Shown: in pieces, positions 47,756 through 59,711 of the stretch
Numbering within the stretch: the first letter of the stretch is position 1
Layout of the letters: every line of letters begins with the position of its first letter
Source: Azolla caroliniana
Taxonomy: Eukaryota > Plantae > Polypodiophyta
Assembly (NCBI GenBank): GCA_043228905.1
Contig: JBHGNT010000005.1
Coordinates: forward strand, 13,516,001-13,580,000
DNA: 64,000 nucleotides
Direction of reading: 5' to 3'
The notes under the pieces: generated by a model
What the model saw: the letters and a program-made list of their open reading frames with translations, nothing else
Databases searched by the model: none
What the model was told of the DNA's origin: nothing
Made by a program: the position numbers and the translations under genes

Positions 47756-50700
47756 TCACTTCGGCATGGGATGTCTCTCCAACCCGATCCTCTTCCGGCA
47801 TGCTTCCAGCTTGTCGGGTGTGAGCACCTTGGTCAGCATATCCGACCCGTGCTCGTCCGTGTGGATCTTCGTCAGCATGAACTCCTTGTCTTCTATCCTT
47901 TCCCGGATCCAGTGGTATCTACGCTGGATGTGTTTCGTCCGGGAATGGTAGGCCGCGTTCTTCGCAAGGTGGATGGCACTCAGACTATCGCAGTAGAGTC
48001 GGTACTCTTCCTGCCGGATACCGAGCTCTCTAATGAAGTCCTTCATCCATATTATTTCCTTGCCGGCTTCAACAGCCGCCATGTACTCTGCCTCCGTGGT
48101 TGACAGCGCAACTGTCTTCTGCAGCCTCGACTGCCACGAAACAGCTCCGCCTGCATACGTCATCACATACCCTGATGTGGACCGGCTGGTATCTGCATCA
48201 GCCGACATATCCGAATCGGTAAAGCCGTCGAATTCGGGCTTACCGGAGCCGAATCGGAGGCACACGTTTGCCGTGCCCTTCAGGTATCGGAGTATCCACT
48301 TGACCGCGTTCCAGTGCTCTTTACCGGGATTGCTCATGTACCGGCTCACCACTCCAACTACATATCCTATGTCCGGTCTTGTACACACCATTGCGTACAT
48401 CAAGCTTCCGACGGCAGAGGCATATGGTACTTTCATCATGTCCTCCTTCTCAGCCTTTGTCTTGGGGCTTTGCTTGCTGGACAACTTGCAGTTTGCCGGG
48501 AGGGTTGACCCGACCGGTCTTGCTTCCGACATGTTGAACCGGTGAAGCACCTTTGTCACGTACTTCTCCTGTGACAGCCACAACTGCTTCTTCTTCCGGT
48601 CCCGGATGATGTGCATCCCTAGTATTTGCCTCGCCGGACCCAGGTCCTTCATTGAGAAGGTTCGGTGAAGCGCTTTCTTCAGCATCCGTATCTTGACCTG
48701 GTCCCGTCCGACGATCAACATGTCGTCCACGTACAGGAGGAGTATTAGAGAGTCTCCTCCTTCGAACTTCTTCACAAACACGCAGTGATCAGACTGCGTT
48801 TTGTGGTACCCTTCGTCGGTCATGAAGGAGTCGAACTTGCGGTACCATTGCCGGGGAGCCTGCTTCAGTCCGTAAAGGCTCTTCTTCAACCGGCATACCA
48901 GGTGCTCCTTCCCTTTCTTCTCGAATCCTTCCGGTTGCTGCATGTAGATCTCTTCTTCGAGGTCACCGTGAAGGAATGCCGTCTTCACGTCCATCTGTTC
49001 TACCTCGAGGTCCATGCTTGCCGCTATGCTCAGCACCGTCCGGATGGAGGTCATCTTCACTACCGGGGCAAATATCTCGTCGAAGTCGACGCCCTTCTTC
49101 TGCTGAAACCCCTTCACCACGATCCTGGCTTTGTATCTCGGGGGGTTTTCGGCATCTCCCGGTTTCAGCTTGAACACCCACTTGTTTCGAAGTGCCCGCT
49201 TTCCTTTCGGCAACTCCACAAGTTCATATGTGTGGTTCTCATGCAGAGAATCCATCTCGTCCTGCATGGCACTCAACCACCTGCGGCTCTGGGTGTCGTG
49301 CTTTGCTTCTTCAAAGCTCTCCGGCTCCCCCTCGTCGGTTAGCAGCACGTGCTCTGGTTCCGGAAACCTCCGGGGGGCCCTTCTCTCTCTTAGAGGATAT
49401 CTCCGTTCGGGAGCTTCGGTAACCGGTTCTTCCGATTCTTCTTCTTCGGCCGGTTCTGTTTCTTCACCGTCTTCGGCCAGATCCTCGAGTGCTAACCGGT
49501 CCCTTGCCGGTCGGGACTGCTCCTCGTAGAGTTTATCCTCACCAGTCGACTTGGAGCTCTTCATCTTCTTCTCCGACTCCCAGTCGGCGAGTGTTTTGTC
49601 CTCCATGAAGATGATATCTCGACTCCTGAATATCTTCTTGTCGACCGGGTCCCATACTCGGTAGCCGAACTCGTCGTCGCCGTAACCGAGGAATATGCAT
49701 GGCCGGGTCTTTGGATCTAACTTTCCTCTCCGGTCCTTTGCCACATGCACGTATGCGAGACACCCGAACACCTTCAGATGCCGGTAGGACACTTCCTTAC
49801 CGGTCCACACTTTCTGCGGCGTGTCTCCGTCCAAAGGTACTGAGGGTGATCTGTTTATCACGTATGTCGCCGTCGACATTGCCTCAGCCCAAAACCCCTT
49901 GGGTAATTTCGCATGCGCCAGCATACTCCGGACCCTCTCCATTATGGTCCGGTTCATCCTCTCGGCCAGCCCGTTCAGTTCCGGCGTCTTCGGCACAGTA
50001 AACTCGAGTCGGATTCCCTTCGAGCGACAGTACTCCTGGAACTGCCCCCGGTATTCCCCTCCGTTATCCGCTCGTATCGCTTTCAGCTTCTTGCCGGATT
50101 CCCTTTCCACTCTCGCGTGGAGTTCTTTGAAGACGGACAATACTTGGTCCTTTGTCTTCAACGGTGCCGTCCACAGCTTCCGGCTGTGATCATCAATGAA
50201 TGTTACGAAGTACTGGGCTCCGCCATGTGACTTCGTTTCTACCTGACACACATCAGTGTGCACCAACTCCAATGGTGCGCTACGTCTCGTCGGTGGCCTT
50301 GAGTGGAAGGAGGTCCGGTTTTGCTTACCGGCCAGGCAGTCGGTGCACTTCTCCAGGTGCACATGCTTCACTGGAATGAGGTTGTCTTCTGCAAGCCTCT
50401 TCATCCCCTTCTCACTCATGTGGCACAGTCTCTTGTGCCACAGCTCACCGGCAGTGTCGGCTGCCACATTCAGCTCTTCCGGACATAACCGGGCATTCAT
50501 CAGGTACAGTGTGTTGTCTTTCCGGGCCCGAGCCACTATCAGGCTTCCTTTGCTGAACTTCATGACACCGTTCCGGATGCTCCCCGTGTAGCCTTCATCA
50601 TCTAGCCTCCCGGCCGAGATCAGGTTCAATCGGACCTCCGGAACGTGTCGCACATCCTTCAGCAGCATCTTGCATCCGGTAGATGTCATCAGCCACACGT

Positions 50701-51778
50701 CTCCTATGCCGGCTATCCGGCACGTACCTTCATTTCCCATCCGGACACAGCCGTGCTCACCGGCTGTGTAGGATGAGAAGTATTTCTTCTCCGGGGTCAG
50801 GTGGAACGACGCTCCGGAATCGACCACCCAGGTCATCTCTACACCGGCAAGGTTCAGCTCCCTCTCTTCGGTAATAAGCATTATCTCTTCTTCACTTGCC
50901 GCGAGTGCCGTCGTTCCTTTCCGGTCCTGCCCTCGCCGATCCGGACCTCTCCGGTCCGTGGCTCCCCGGTATGCACCGTTTCTCTCCGGTGACTTCTTCG
51001 AATCGGTGTCGTCGGCTCCGTTGTCCTTTCGGTAATGCCGACAATTCTTCCGGAAGTGCCCCGGCTTCCCACAGTGGAAGCATGTTGGCCTTCCTCTTGA
51101 CTGCGACCGGGTCCCCGACTTCTCCCGTCTTTGCGGACTCCGGTTCCACTGTCTTCCCCGTTCCGATTCGGTAAGCAGCATCTTCGGGTCGGAGGCCGGT
51201 TCCTTATCTCTCCGACGCGCTTCTTCGTTCAAAATACTTGTCTTTACCGTTTGTAGAGACAAGTTATCTTCGGTGCAGGAGGTGCTGAGAGTCACCACCA
51301 AGTTCTCCCAGCTGTCCGGCAATGTACACATCAGGATGATGGCTTGCATTGCATCCTCCAACGGGAACTTGATCGCCGCAAGCTGGTTCACGAATCCCAT
51401 GAACGTGCTTACGTGTTCCACCATACTCTCGCCGTCCCGGTACTTGAGGTTCACTATCTTCCTCATCAGGGAGGTCCGGTTCAACGCATTCTTCCTCTCG
51501 TAGAGGCCCGACAGCTTCTTCCACATCTCATATGCGTTGGTGTCGTTTGCCACATGTTGTAGGACGCTTACATCGACATATTGTCGGATCGTCGCTACGG
51601 CTTTCCGGTTCAGGAGCTTCCACTCCGACTCAAGTACCCCCTTCGGTATTTCCGACCTGTCGATCGGTTCGTACAGGTCCCGAACAATCAGAAGATCCTC
51701 CATCTTGATCTTCCAGTCGGCGTAATTCTGAGCGTTCAGCACCATCATCCCCGGCTGCCCGCTGCCGCCGCCTTCCAT
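47756..51778 (-). CDS. Ty1/copia Gag-Pol polyprotein (about 1340 aa), uninterrupted
   Basis: CFHCGKPGHFRKNC; WVVDSGASFH; LWHKRLCH..CTDC; HTDVC, ADNGGEY and NGLAER integrase; LLLYVDD; KHIQRRYHWIRE; first ATG at 51778 (the track begins at an upstream TTG). Confidence 0.97.
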   Translation of the reverse strand: MEGGGSGQPGMMVLNAQNYADWKIKMEDLLIVRDLYEPIDRSEIPKGVLESEWKLLNRKAVATIRQYVDVSVLQHVANDTNAYEMWKKLSGLYERKNALNRTSLMRKIVNLKYRDGESMVEHVSTFMGFVNQLAAIKFPLEDAMQAIILMCTLPDSWENLVVTLSTSCTEDNLSLQTVKTSILNEEARRRDKEPASDPKMLLTESERGRQWNRSPQRREKSGTRSQSRGRPTCFHCGKPGHFRKNCRHYRKDNGADDTDSKKSPERNGAYRGATDRRGPDRRGQDRKGTTALAASEEEIMLITEERELNLAGVEMTWVVDSGASFHLTPEKKYFSSYTAGEHGCVRMGNEGTCRIAGIGDVWLMTSTGCKMLLKDVRHVPEVRLNLISAGRLDDEGYTGSIRNGVMKFSKGSLIVARARKDNTLYLMNARLCPEELNVAADTAGELWHKRLCHMSEKGMKRLAEDNLIPVKHVHLEKCTDCLAGKQNRTSFHSRPPTRRSAPLELVHTDVCQVETKSHGGAQYFVTFIDDHSRKLWTAPLKTKDQVLSVFKELHARVERESGKKLKAIRADNGGEYRGQFQEYCRSKGIRLEFTVPKTPELNGLAERMNRTIMERVRSMLAHAKLPKGFWAEAMSTATYVINRSPSVPLDGDTPQKVWTGKEVSYRHLKVFGCLAYVHVAKDRRGKLDPKTRPCIFLGYGDDEFGYRVWDPVDKKIFRSRDIIFMEDKTLADWESEKKMKSSKSTGEDKLYEEQSRPARDRLALEDLAEDGEETEPAEEEESEEPVTEAPERRYPLRERRAPRRFPEPEHVLLTDEGEPESFEEAKHDTQSRRWLSAMQDEMDSLHENHTYELVELPKGKRALRNKWVFKLKPGDAENPPRYKARIVVKGFQQKKGVDFDEIFAPVVKMTSIRTVLSIAASMDLEVEQMDVKTAFLHGDLEEEIYMQQPEGFEKKGKEHLVCRLKKSLYGLKQAPRQWYRKFDSFMTDEGYHKTQSDHCVFVKKFEGGDSLILLLYVDDMLIVGRDQVKIRMLKKALHRTFSMKDLGPARQILGMHIIRDRKKKQLWLSQEKYVTKVLHRFNMSEARPVGSTLPANCKLSSKQSPKTKAEKEDMMKVPYASAVGSLMYAMVCTRPDIGYVVGVVSRYMSNPGKEHWNAVKWILRYLKGTANVCLRFGSGKPEFDGFTDSDMSADADTSRSTSGYVMTYAGGAVSWQSRLQKTVALSTTEAEYMAAVEAGKEIIWMKDFIRELGIRQEEYRLYCDSLSAIHLAKNAAYHSRTKHIQRRYHWIRERIEDKEFMLTKIHTDEHGSDMLTKVLTPDKLEACRKRIGLERHPMPK

Positions 51779-52476
51779 TTTCTGCAACAGCTCGCTCTGA
51801 TACCAGTTTGTAGGGCTTCGACCCTTCTATTCACCTTCACCGCTCAGCCACAACCGAGAAATCGCGAATCAATGGAGCAGAAAATAGGAAATACAGAGAA
51901 AGACACGATACACAGGGTATAACGTGGAAAACCCTAAACGGGAAAAACCACGGGAGTGCACGACTCCAACTATCACTATACACTGGAATATACAATGGCG
52001 AGCTGCAAGGCGACGACCTTGAGCTCGCTGTCCTCGCCACAGGCGGCGGTATTACACAGAGGCGTCGACCTCTTCGGTTCTCTCTCTCTCTCTCTCGGCT
52101 GCTCTCACTTCGCTCCCACTAAGTGGAAAAACAGAAAATGAGCAACAACTACAAAACTGTTTGCCCTAAGTCATATTTATACACATATGACTTTCGGGCT
52201 ATTTACAAATATAGCCTCAAGGGCTCTTGGCAAACATATTCACAAATATGTCTCCGCATCCGGATCTCTCTCCAGGTACATTCGTCATCCGGCTCCGTAG
52301 CCGGGATCTTCATCATCCGGCTCCGTAACCGGGGTCTTCATCATCCGGCTCCGTAACCGGGGTCTTCATCATCCGGCTCCGTAGCCGGGGTCTTCATCAT
52401 CCGGCTCCGTAACAGCCTCCGGGCTTGCCGTCATTCATCTCCGGACATCCCATCCGGAGGGACCGAAATCCCAACA

Positions 52477-54850
52477 GCTTTCTCTCTCTTAGAGGGTATC
52501 TTCTTCCTTCTTCCTCGACCACCAGTTCCTCGTTTGTTCTTCATCCGAATCCGATTCGGGGTCTTGTCTGGTTCCGGTGTTCAATTCTTCTTCTTCGATC
52601 AATTCGGTTCTTTGTTTGAATCCAGGCGGTTCTTCGAGTGTCATCCGGCTTTTGGCCGGATGAGTAATTGCATCTTCCGGTCGATCTCTATCAATCGGCC
52701 CGGAGTTTGCTATCTTTTTCTCCGACTCCCAGTCGGCAATGGTCTTGTCTTCCATGAAGACTATGTCTCAACTCCGGAAGACAAGTCCCACACTCGGTAG
52801 CCGAACTCATCATCGCCATATCCAAGGAATATGCATGGCTCGGATTTCGGATCCAATTTCTCTCTCTTGTCCTTTGCAACATGTATGTAGGCGAGATAAC
52901 CGAACACCTCAAATGCTGGTAAGACACGTCTTTACCGGTCCATACTCTCCATGGTGTGTCTTCGTCCAAGGGCGCTGAGGGTGATCCATTTATCACGTAC
53001 GTCGTTCTCATCAGCGCCTCAACCCAAAACATCTTGGAAAACTTAGCATGTGCCAGCATGCTCCAGACTCTCTCGATCACAGTCCGGTTCATCCTTTCGG
53101 CCAATCTGTTCAACTCTGTTGTCTTCGGCACGGTAAATTCAAGCTGGATTCCCTTTGACCAGTAGTACTCCTTGAATTGCCCCCGGTATTCTCCTCCGTT
53201 CTCCACTTGAACCGCCTTCAGCTTCCAGCCGATTTCTCTTTCCTCTCTCGCTTGCCAAAAGTCCTTGAAGATGGATAATACCTAGTCCTTTGTCTTTAGC
53301 GGTGAGACCCACAGTTTTCGGTTGTGGTCGTCTATGAACATCAAGAAGTACTCTGATCCGACATGTGACTTCATGTCCACTTAGCATATATCAGTATACA
53401 CAAGTTCCAATGGTGCATTCCATCTTGATGGTGGTCTCGACCGCAAAGAGGTTCGGTTCTGCTTGCCAGCGAAGCAATCGGTGCACTTCTCAAGTTGCAC
53501 GTCCTTCACCTCCGGAATGAGGTTATCTTTGGCAAGTCTTCTCATCCCTTTCTGGCCCATGTGACACAACCTCTTGGGCTATGCATAGCTCAACAACATT
53601 TTCGGATGCCACTTTCACTTCCTCCCGGAAAATACGGGAATGCATCAAGTATAGTGTGTTGATCTTCCGGGCTCAAGCCACGATCATGCTTCCTTTGCAA
53701 AACTTCATGACTCCCATCCGGATGCTACCCATGTATCCTTCATCATCTAACCGACCGGCTGATTTCTGGTTCAACCGAACCTATAGAACATGTTGGACAT
53801 CTTTTAGCAACACCTTGCACCCGGTTGAAGTTGTCAACCACACATCTCTCATGCCGACAATTCGGCATGCACCATCATTTCCCATCTGAACAGAACCGTG
53901 ATCTCCGGCTCTGTACGATGAGAAGCACTTCTAGTTGGGGATCAGATGGAATGACGCATGGCGGGAGTTGACCACCCATGCCGTTTCTTCGCTGACAACA
54001 TGCAACTCAATCTCCTCGGTGATTAGTAGTAGTTCTTCTTCACTTGTCACGATCACCGATGTTCCTTCCTAATCCGAACTTCTCCGGTCCGGACCCTGCT
54101 TTGAGTCGGCATTGTTGGTTCCTTTCTCCTTCTCGAAATGTCAACAGTTCTTCTGGAAGTCCCCCTTGTCTTCGATCTCATCCCTGATTTCTCCCGGCTT
54201 TGGAGACTCCGAATCCGGTCTCTTCCCCGGTTATGGTCATCTTCCGTAACCAAGGCCTTCAGATTGGTTTCGGATTCTCGGTCCTTCCGGTGAGCTTCTT
54301 CATCCAGCAAGCTGGACTTTACCCTTGCTAGGGACAACTGTTTTCCTTCCGGCCTAGCGTTGCCCAAAGTTACAACTAGCATCTCCCAACTATCCAGGCA
54401 AGAACCGAGCAGCGACAATGCAAGTACCTCATTAGCTAGAGATACGTCAAGCGAGGTTGTTTGATTTATGCACCCCTGGAAAGCATTCATGTGCTTTGCC
54501 ATGCTGGATCCGTCTTGGTACCAAAGGCTCAGTAACTTCCGGAATACCAAAACACGATTTACAACGTTCTTGCTCTTTAGCATGGTGCCGATGTTCTCCC
54601 AGAGCTCATTTGTCTTGTTCTCTTCAATGAAGTTATTGTACATGCTCATGTCGATGAAGCATCTTATGTATGCCGTCGTCTTCATATGCATCACCTTCCA
54701 CGTCGCGACATCAATCTTGTCTAGCTTCTTGTCTCCAAACTGTACCGGCAACCAGAGATCTTTAACCACAAGCATCTCCCTCATCTTTGACTTCCACACT
54801 GGGTAATTGGGAGCAGTTAGCTTGAACATGCTACTAAATGATTCTTCCAT
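52477..54850 (-). pseudogene. Copia G gag-protease-integrase (degenerate)
   Basis: MEESFSSMFKLTAPNYPVWK; CTDC; ENGGEYRGQF. Confidence 0.9.
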
Positions 54851-55359
54851 TTTTCTTTCTTTGTTTGAATTTTACAACTCCTCTCTAATACCAGTTTGTG
54901 AGGAATAGTGCTCCGCTACAATCAAGTCTTACTCACTCAATGGAAGAAAACAGAAAATAGAAATAAATAGACACAAGATGTTAACGTGGAAAACCCAAAT
55001 AGGGAAAAACCACGGGAGCCTAGAGACTCCGACTATCTCTATGAGAAAAGGATACAGTGTGAGACTAAGAGGCAATGACCTGGAGCTCTATGTCTTCGCC
55101 AATTGGTGGTTACAACAGAAAAGACTTTCTGTTTCTCATGGTCTCTCTCTTTCACGCTCTCTGTGTGTCTATACAACAATATCTCTACACACATCATGAT
55201 TAGAAGTAATTGCCCTAAATCATAGTTATACTTATATGACTTTAGGACTATTTACAAATATGGCCATGATAGGCACACAAGGAACATATTTATAGATATG
55301 TTCCTGGATCCGGTTCACATTGCCATGAACACATGACCATTATGGCGTCACCTGGACTT

Positions 55360-58300
55360 CAGCAGAAAATATCATTGCCAAGGATCGAACTCAAGATTAT
55401 TCTCTTGAAAAATATAGTTCTACCAATGCACCATCTCCTTTCCATCAAATCTTAGCCATCACATTGCAACAATTGCGCCAAGTGGGAGGCAAGGAGGACC
55501 TTTTCTTATTTGCAGTATCAGTGACACCTTCTAGTGCCACTCAAGGGAATTCAAACATCCAAATTCCCAAAAAATATCAAGACTATGCTAACGTTTTCAA
55601 CAAAGGCAAAGCTAGTGTTCTTCCAAAGCATTGGTTGTACGACTGTCCTATTGATCTCCAACCAGGAAAAGAGCCACCGTGGGGTCCGATTTACACTTTA
55701 TCACACACTAAGCTTGACATTGTCGTGCCTTTCGGGTCCAGATCGTTGCGTGAGTTGGGTGGGAACCACTGAGGTTTTGGACTAGGAGAAAGAAGAATAT
55801 GAGATAAGGCTAGTAATGAATAGGGAGAAAGAGAGGTAAGTTATGAATCTTGTGAATCCCACGAGTTTAGTGTATTTAATCAATATTTAGATAGTAAGAG
55901 ACAATTTAGATGACAAGTTCGTGAATCCCACGAATATATTATATTGGTCAATCCTTACAAAATAATCAACAACCCTATACATCTTTCTCTCCTCCTTATA
56001 TAAGGGTGGGAGAGACTAAGCATAGTTTCCTGCTTTTTCTAAAGTGTTCATGCACACTAAATGTGCATGAGTTTCTTTTTCCACTATGCTTTTATTTCCT
56101 AAATATAGTGCTCATGCACGCTAGATGTGCACAAGTATTTTTTTATTGGTTTATATTTTTCTTGTAAATAAAGTATTCATGCACTCTAAAAATGCATGAT
56201 TTACCTTTTAATAAAGGTAGGCATAAATAAAAGTCTTATACCTATTAAATCTACATTTATAACACTTATGATAAGTTAATACAATGGTAAAGTTATGGTT
56301 TATTTACATGGAGGTACAGGGTTCAAATCTTACCCTATGCATGTAATAAATATTTTAATATTTTCTTTTATTTATATATATGTACTTAAATCAGATATAT
56401 TATTTTTACATTTTTCACGTAGTGTGCGGACTACACTACGACAACGTTCTTCGAGAATACATCAAGGAAAATCTTGCACATGGGTTTATTCGACATTCAA
56501 AGTCTCCAGTTGGTGCTCCTATCTTTTTTGTGAAGAAAAAGGACAGCTCCCTTCGTTTGGTCGTGGACTATCAAGGCTTAAATAAAGTCACCATAAGGAA
56601 TAGGTATGCTCTACCTTTAATCTCCAATCTCTTAGAATGCATTGGTGGGGCAAAGCATTTTACTAGAATTGATCTAAGGGGTGCATATAATCTTGTTTGA
56701 ATTCGATTGGGAGATGAGTGGAAAACTGTATTTCGTTGGTATGGTCGTTTCGAGTATACAGTATTTCAACATATGGCAAATGACATTTTCCGGGATTTCT
56801 AGGATATCTTTCTCATCATCTACCTAGATGATCTGTTGATTTACTCTAAAACATAGGACGAGCATGATATACATGTGCAGAAAGTACTTGAAGGCCTAAG
56901 AAAGTATGGTCTTTATGCTAAACTTGAGAAATGCAATTTTGATTGCAGACAAGTTGAATTTTTGGGATATGAAGCGAACAAGGCTTTTACTTAGTTGAAA
57001 GAGGCATTCACATCAACACCTATCCTACTACATATTGATCCCAAAAATCCATTTACTATTGACGTGGATGTGTCAGACTTCGCATTGGGGAGTATCCTAT
57101 TGCAACTAGGTGAGGACAAGCAGACTCATCTACTTGCGTTTCAATCGAGAAAATTTACTGTTTCGAAGATAAACGATGAGGTGCATGACAAGGAGTTACT
57201 AGTTGTGGTTGACTCATTCGAGGAATGATGTCATTTTCTAGAAGGATCGCCTCATCCGATTATCATTTATAGTGATCACAAAACTCTCACATATTTTCAA
57301 ACAGCTCGAGTATTAAATAGACGACAAGTTCGGTGGGCCCAATTTCTAACGTGTTTCGATTTCAAGATCAATTTTCGCCCTGGAAAACAAGGGAAAGCAG
57401 ATGCTTTGTCTCAACATTCATATCTAGCTCTTCAACCTAGAGATCCGGCCTTTGACAATCAAAAGCAGATTCTCCTCGGGCTATCAAAGCTAAAGGCAAC
57501 AACAATTTATGCCACACCACTTGATTCTAGCCTTCTTGACACTATTCGGCAACAACTTCACTCTGATGATTTTGCTAAGGATGTCTTCGCCCACATTGGT
57601 TCATGTCTTCCATCTTGCTCCACATTGCAAGGGTCATCTCAACATTATCAGGACTTCAAGTGGCAAGATGGCCTACTCTTCTACAAGAATCTCCTTTACG
57701 TCCCTGGCGGATCACCCTAACTTTAAGTGTTAGAACGTTGTCATGATGACCCCATGGCTGGACATTTTGGTATTGCCAAGACTATTGAGTTGGTGAAGCA
57801 TTCGTTTTGGTGGCCTCACTTGCAAAAATTTATCGAAGATTACATTCGCACATGTGACACCTGCTGTCGCGCCAAAATACCCAAGCATCATCCTTATGAC
57901 TTACTACAACCATTAACACCTCCCAACAAACCATGGCAGTCTATTTCTATGGATTTCATTACGGATCTGCCACCTTCCAAAGGCTTTGATAGTATTTTAA
58001 CATTAGTGGATCAGTTCACAAAGATGGTACATTTTGTACTATGTGTAAAGACCATTAGTAGTGAAGAAACTATCGATCTCATTATGCATGAGGTGTTTTG
58101 CCATCATGGTCTCCCAAATGATATTATTAGCAATCGAGGTCCTCAATTTATCTCACACTTTTGGAAGCACCTATGGGCAGACCTCAAAATCTCCTGCAAA
58201 CTCTCTTCAGCTTATCATCCACAAACAGAGCACACAACTCAAATGCTCGAGTAGTATCTTTGATGCTTCATAAGTTATCTACAAGATTATCGCAATAATA

Positions 58301-59019
58301 TTTTACATCTTGCTGATTTTGCATACAACAACACGGTACACTCTTCTACGAAAGTTACACCTTTCTTTGCCTACATTGGCAACCACCCTCGATGGTGTAT
58401 CCTGGATCTTCCTGAGGAGTCACGAAACCCTACCGCGGCGCATCACCTCCACTGACTACAACAAATCTAGTTTGAGTTATCTTCACATCTTCAAAAATCG
58501 CAAGCACACCATAAGACCAATGCTGATCGACATCGTCTTAAGTCTCCTTTTAAGGTTGGTGACCTAGTATGGTTGCTTTGTCGTCACATCAAGACTATCC
58601 GCCCGTGTGCTAAGCTCGATTATCAATGCTTAGGTCCTTTTGTCATCACAACGCGGATTAATGATACAACATTTCGTCTTAACCTTCCTACACATATGTG
58701 GCTTCACCTAGTCTTTCATAGCTCTCTTTTGGAACCTTGCCGCACGTCTTTAATTCCTAATTGTGTCGTACCACCACCACCTTCTGTCCAACTAGTTGAC
58801 AACCCTGAATACGAGGTAGCTGCTATTCTCGATTCTAAGATTGTGCGCAATAAGCTTTATTATCTAGTGGATTGTCTTGGCTATCCTCTGAGTGATCGCA
58901 CTTGGGAACTTGTCGATAACATTTGTAATGCTCAAGCTCTTGTCGATGACTTCCATCGCCACTATCCAAACAAACCCACCCCTACAATGTTAACACCGAC
59001 TTCTACTCGACGTTCTTAG
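55360..59019 (+). pseudogene. Chromovirus K pol (RT-RH-IN-chromodomain), split by S2
   Basis: [20 protein letters not shown]; YLDD; PWQSISMDFITDLP; EYEVAAILD..YYLVD..TWE chromodomain. Confidence 0.93.
55721..56443 (-). mobile_element. Solo-LTR S2 (723 bp) inside the pol of K
   Basis: TGTCGT...ACGACA termini; 4-bp TSD ACAT/ACGT; removing it restores KLD-VLREY. Confidence 0.88.
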
Positions 59020-59711
59020 AGGAGGGATAGTGTCATGAACACATCACCATTATGGCATCACCTGGACTTGAACCTCGAACCTTGTAATCCATAATTGAAA
59101 ACCTCAACCATTAAGATAGCTTATTGTCATATGAGAGGATAAAAGCTACTTTTTATATTACATTGATTATTGTAAAAACTCTAGATCATTCTAGAATTTT
59201 CTAGAATGTCATAGAACATTCGAGGTCTAGAACATTCCAGAACATTATAGAAATCTTTAAGCTATTCTATAGGAACCTTTAAATAAAGGCATACATGCAT
59301 TCTCAAATCAATTTGAATCAACACTAGTCTTTAACTCTCATTACATATCTTGTAGCCATTCTCTTTCTTTCACAATCTTAATACACATTTTCTTCTCTTA
59401 GCATTTCGTTCCTTTCTTCTCGTGTTCTCTTATATCCTTCTTCCATCACTCTATCTTTTATTCCTGGTTCTGACACACACCGGATCCATCTGGATACCTT
59501 CCGGATCCATCCGGTCCGGTTCGTTCCTTTAGCTCCTCCGATCCGGCTCCTCTGATTCTCATCTGGAGGGACCGAATTCCCAACAACTATTGACTCCCCC
59601 TTGTCTTCGATTGTCGGCTCTCTACCCAAACAATCGGCTCCTCATCTTCGATTGTCGGCTCTCAGCTCAACTAGTCGGGGCTCTTCCCATAGAAGAGACA
59701 TATTCCTAACA

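Larger units (their letters stand above)
47078..52476 (-). mobile_element. Copia J, intact young Tork/Tnt1-like element
   Basis: Perfect TSD GCTTT at 47073-47077 and 52477-52481; 668-bp LTRs 47078-47745 and 51809-52476 with about 4 differences by eye; PBS-iMet 51794-51805; PPT next to 47745. Confidence 0.98.
55321..59475 (+). mobile_element. Chromovirus K (Tcn1-like Gypsy), 5'-deleted, inserted in the 5' LTR of G
   Basis: TSD CACAT/CACAC; only about 39 bp of the 5' LTR remain; PPT AGAGGAGGGATAG 59018-59030; 3' LTR 59031-59475. Confidence 0.92.
33470..59585 (-). mobile_element. Copia G (Tork/Tnt1-like), inserted in the 3' LTR of F
   Basis: 3' LTR 33470-33995; 5' LTR 54897-55320 plus 59476-59585; degenerate PBS 54882-54893; the F LTR resumes at 59586; TSD degenerate (TCTGT/ACTAT). 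Confidence 0.85.

Noticed and set aside
47771-51922. Many plus-strand ORFs of 60-185 aa opposite the gag-pol of J
   Set aside because: Antisense shadows of a GC-rich coding sequence; the same applies to those opposite I, D and H
58790-58990. Host chromodomain gene
   Set aside because: It is the integrase C-terminal chromodomain of chromovirus K, followed by its PPT and LTR
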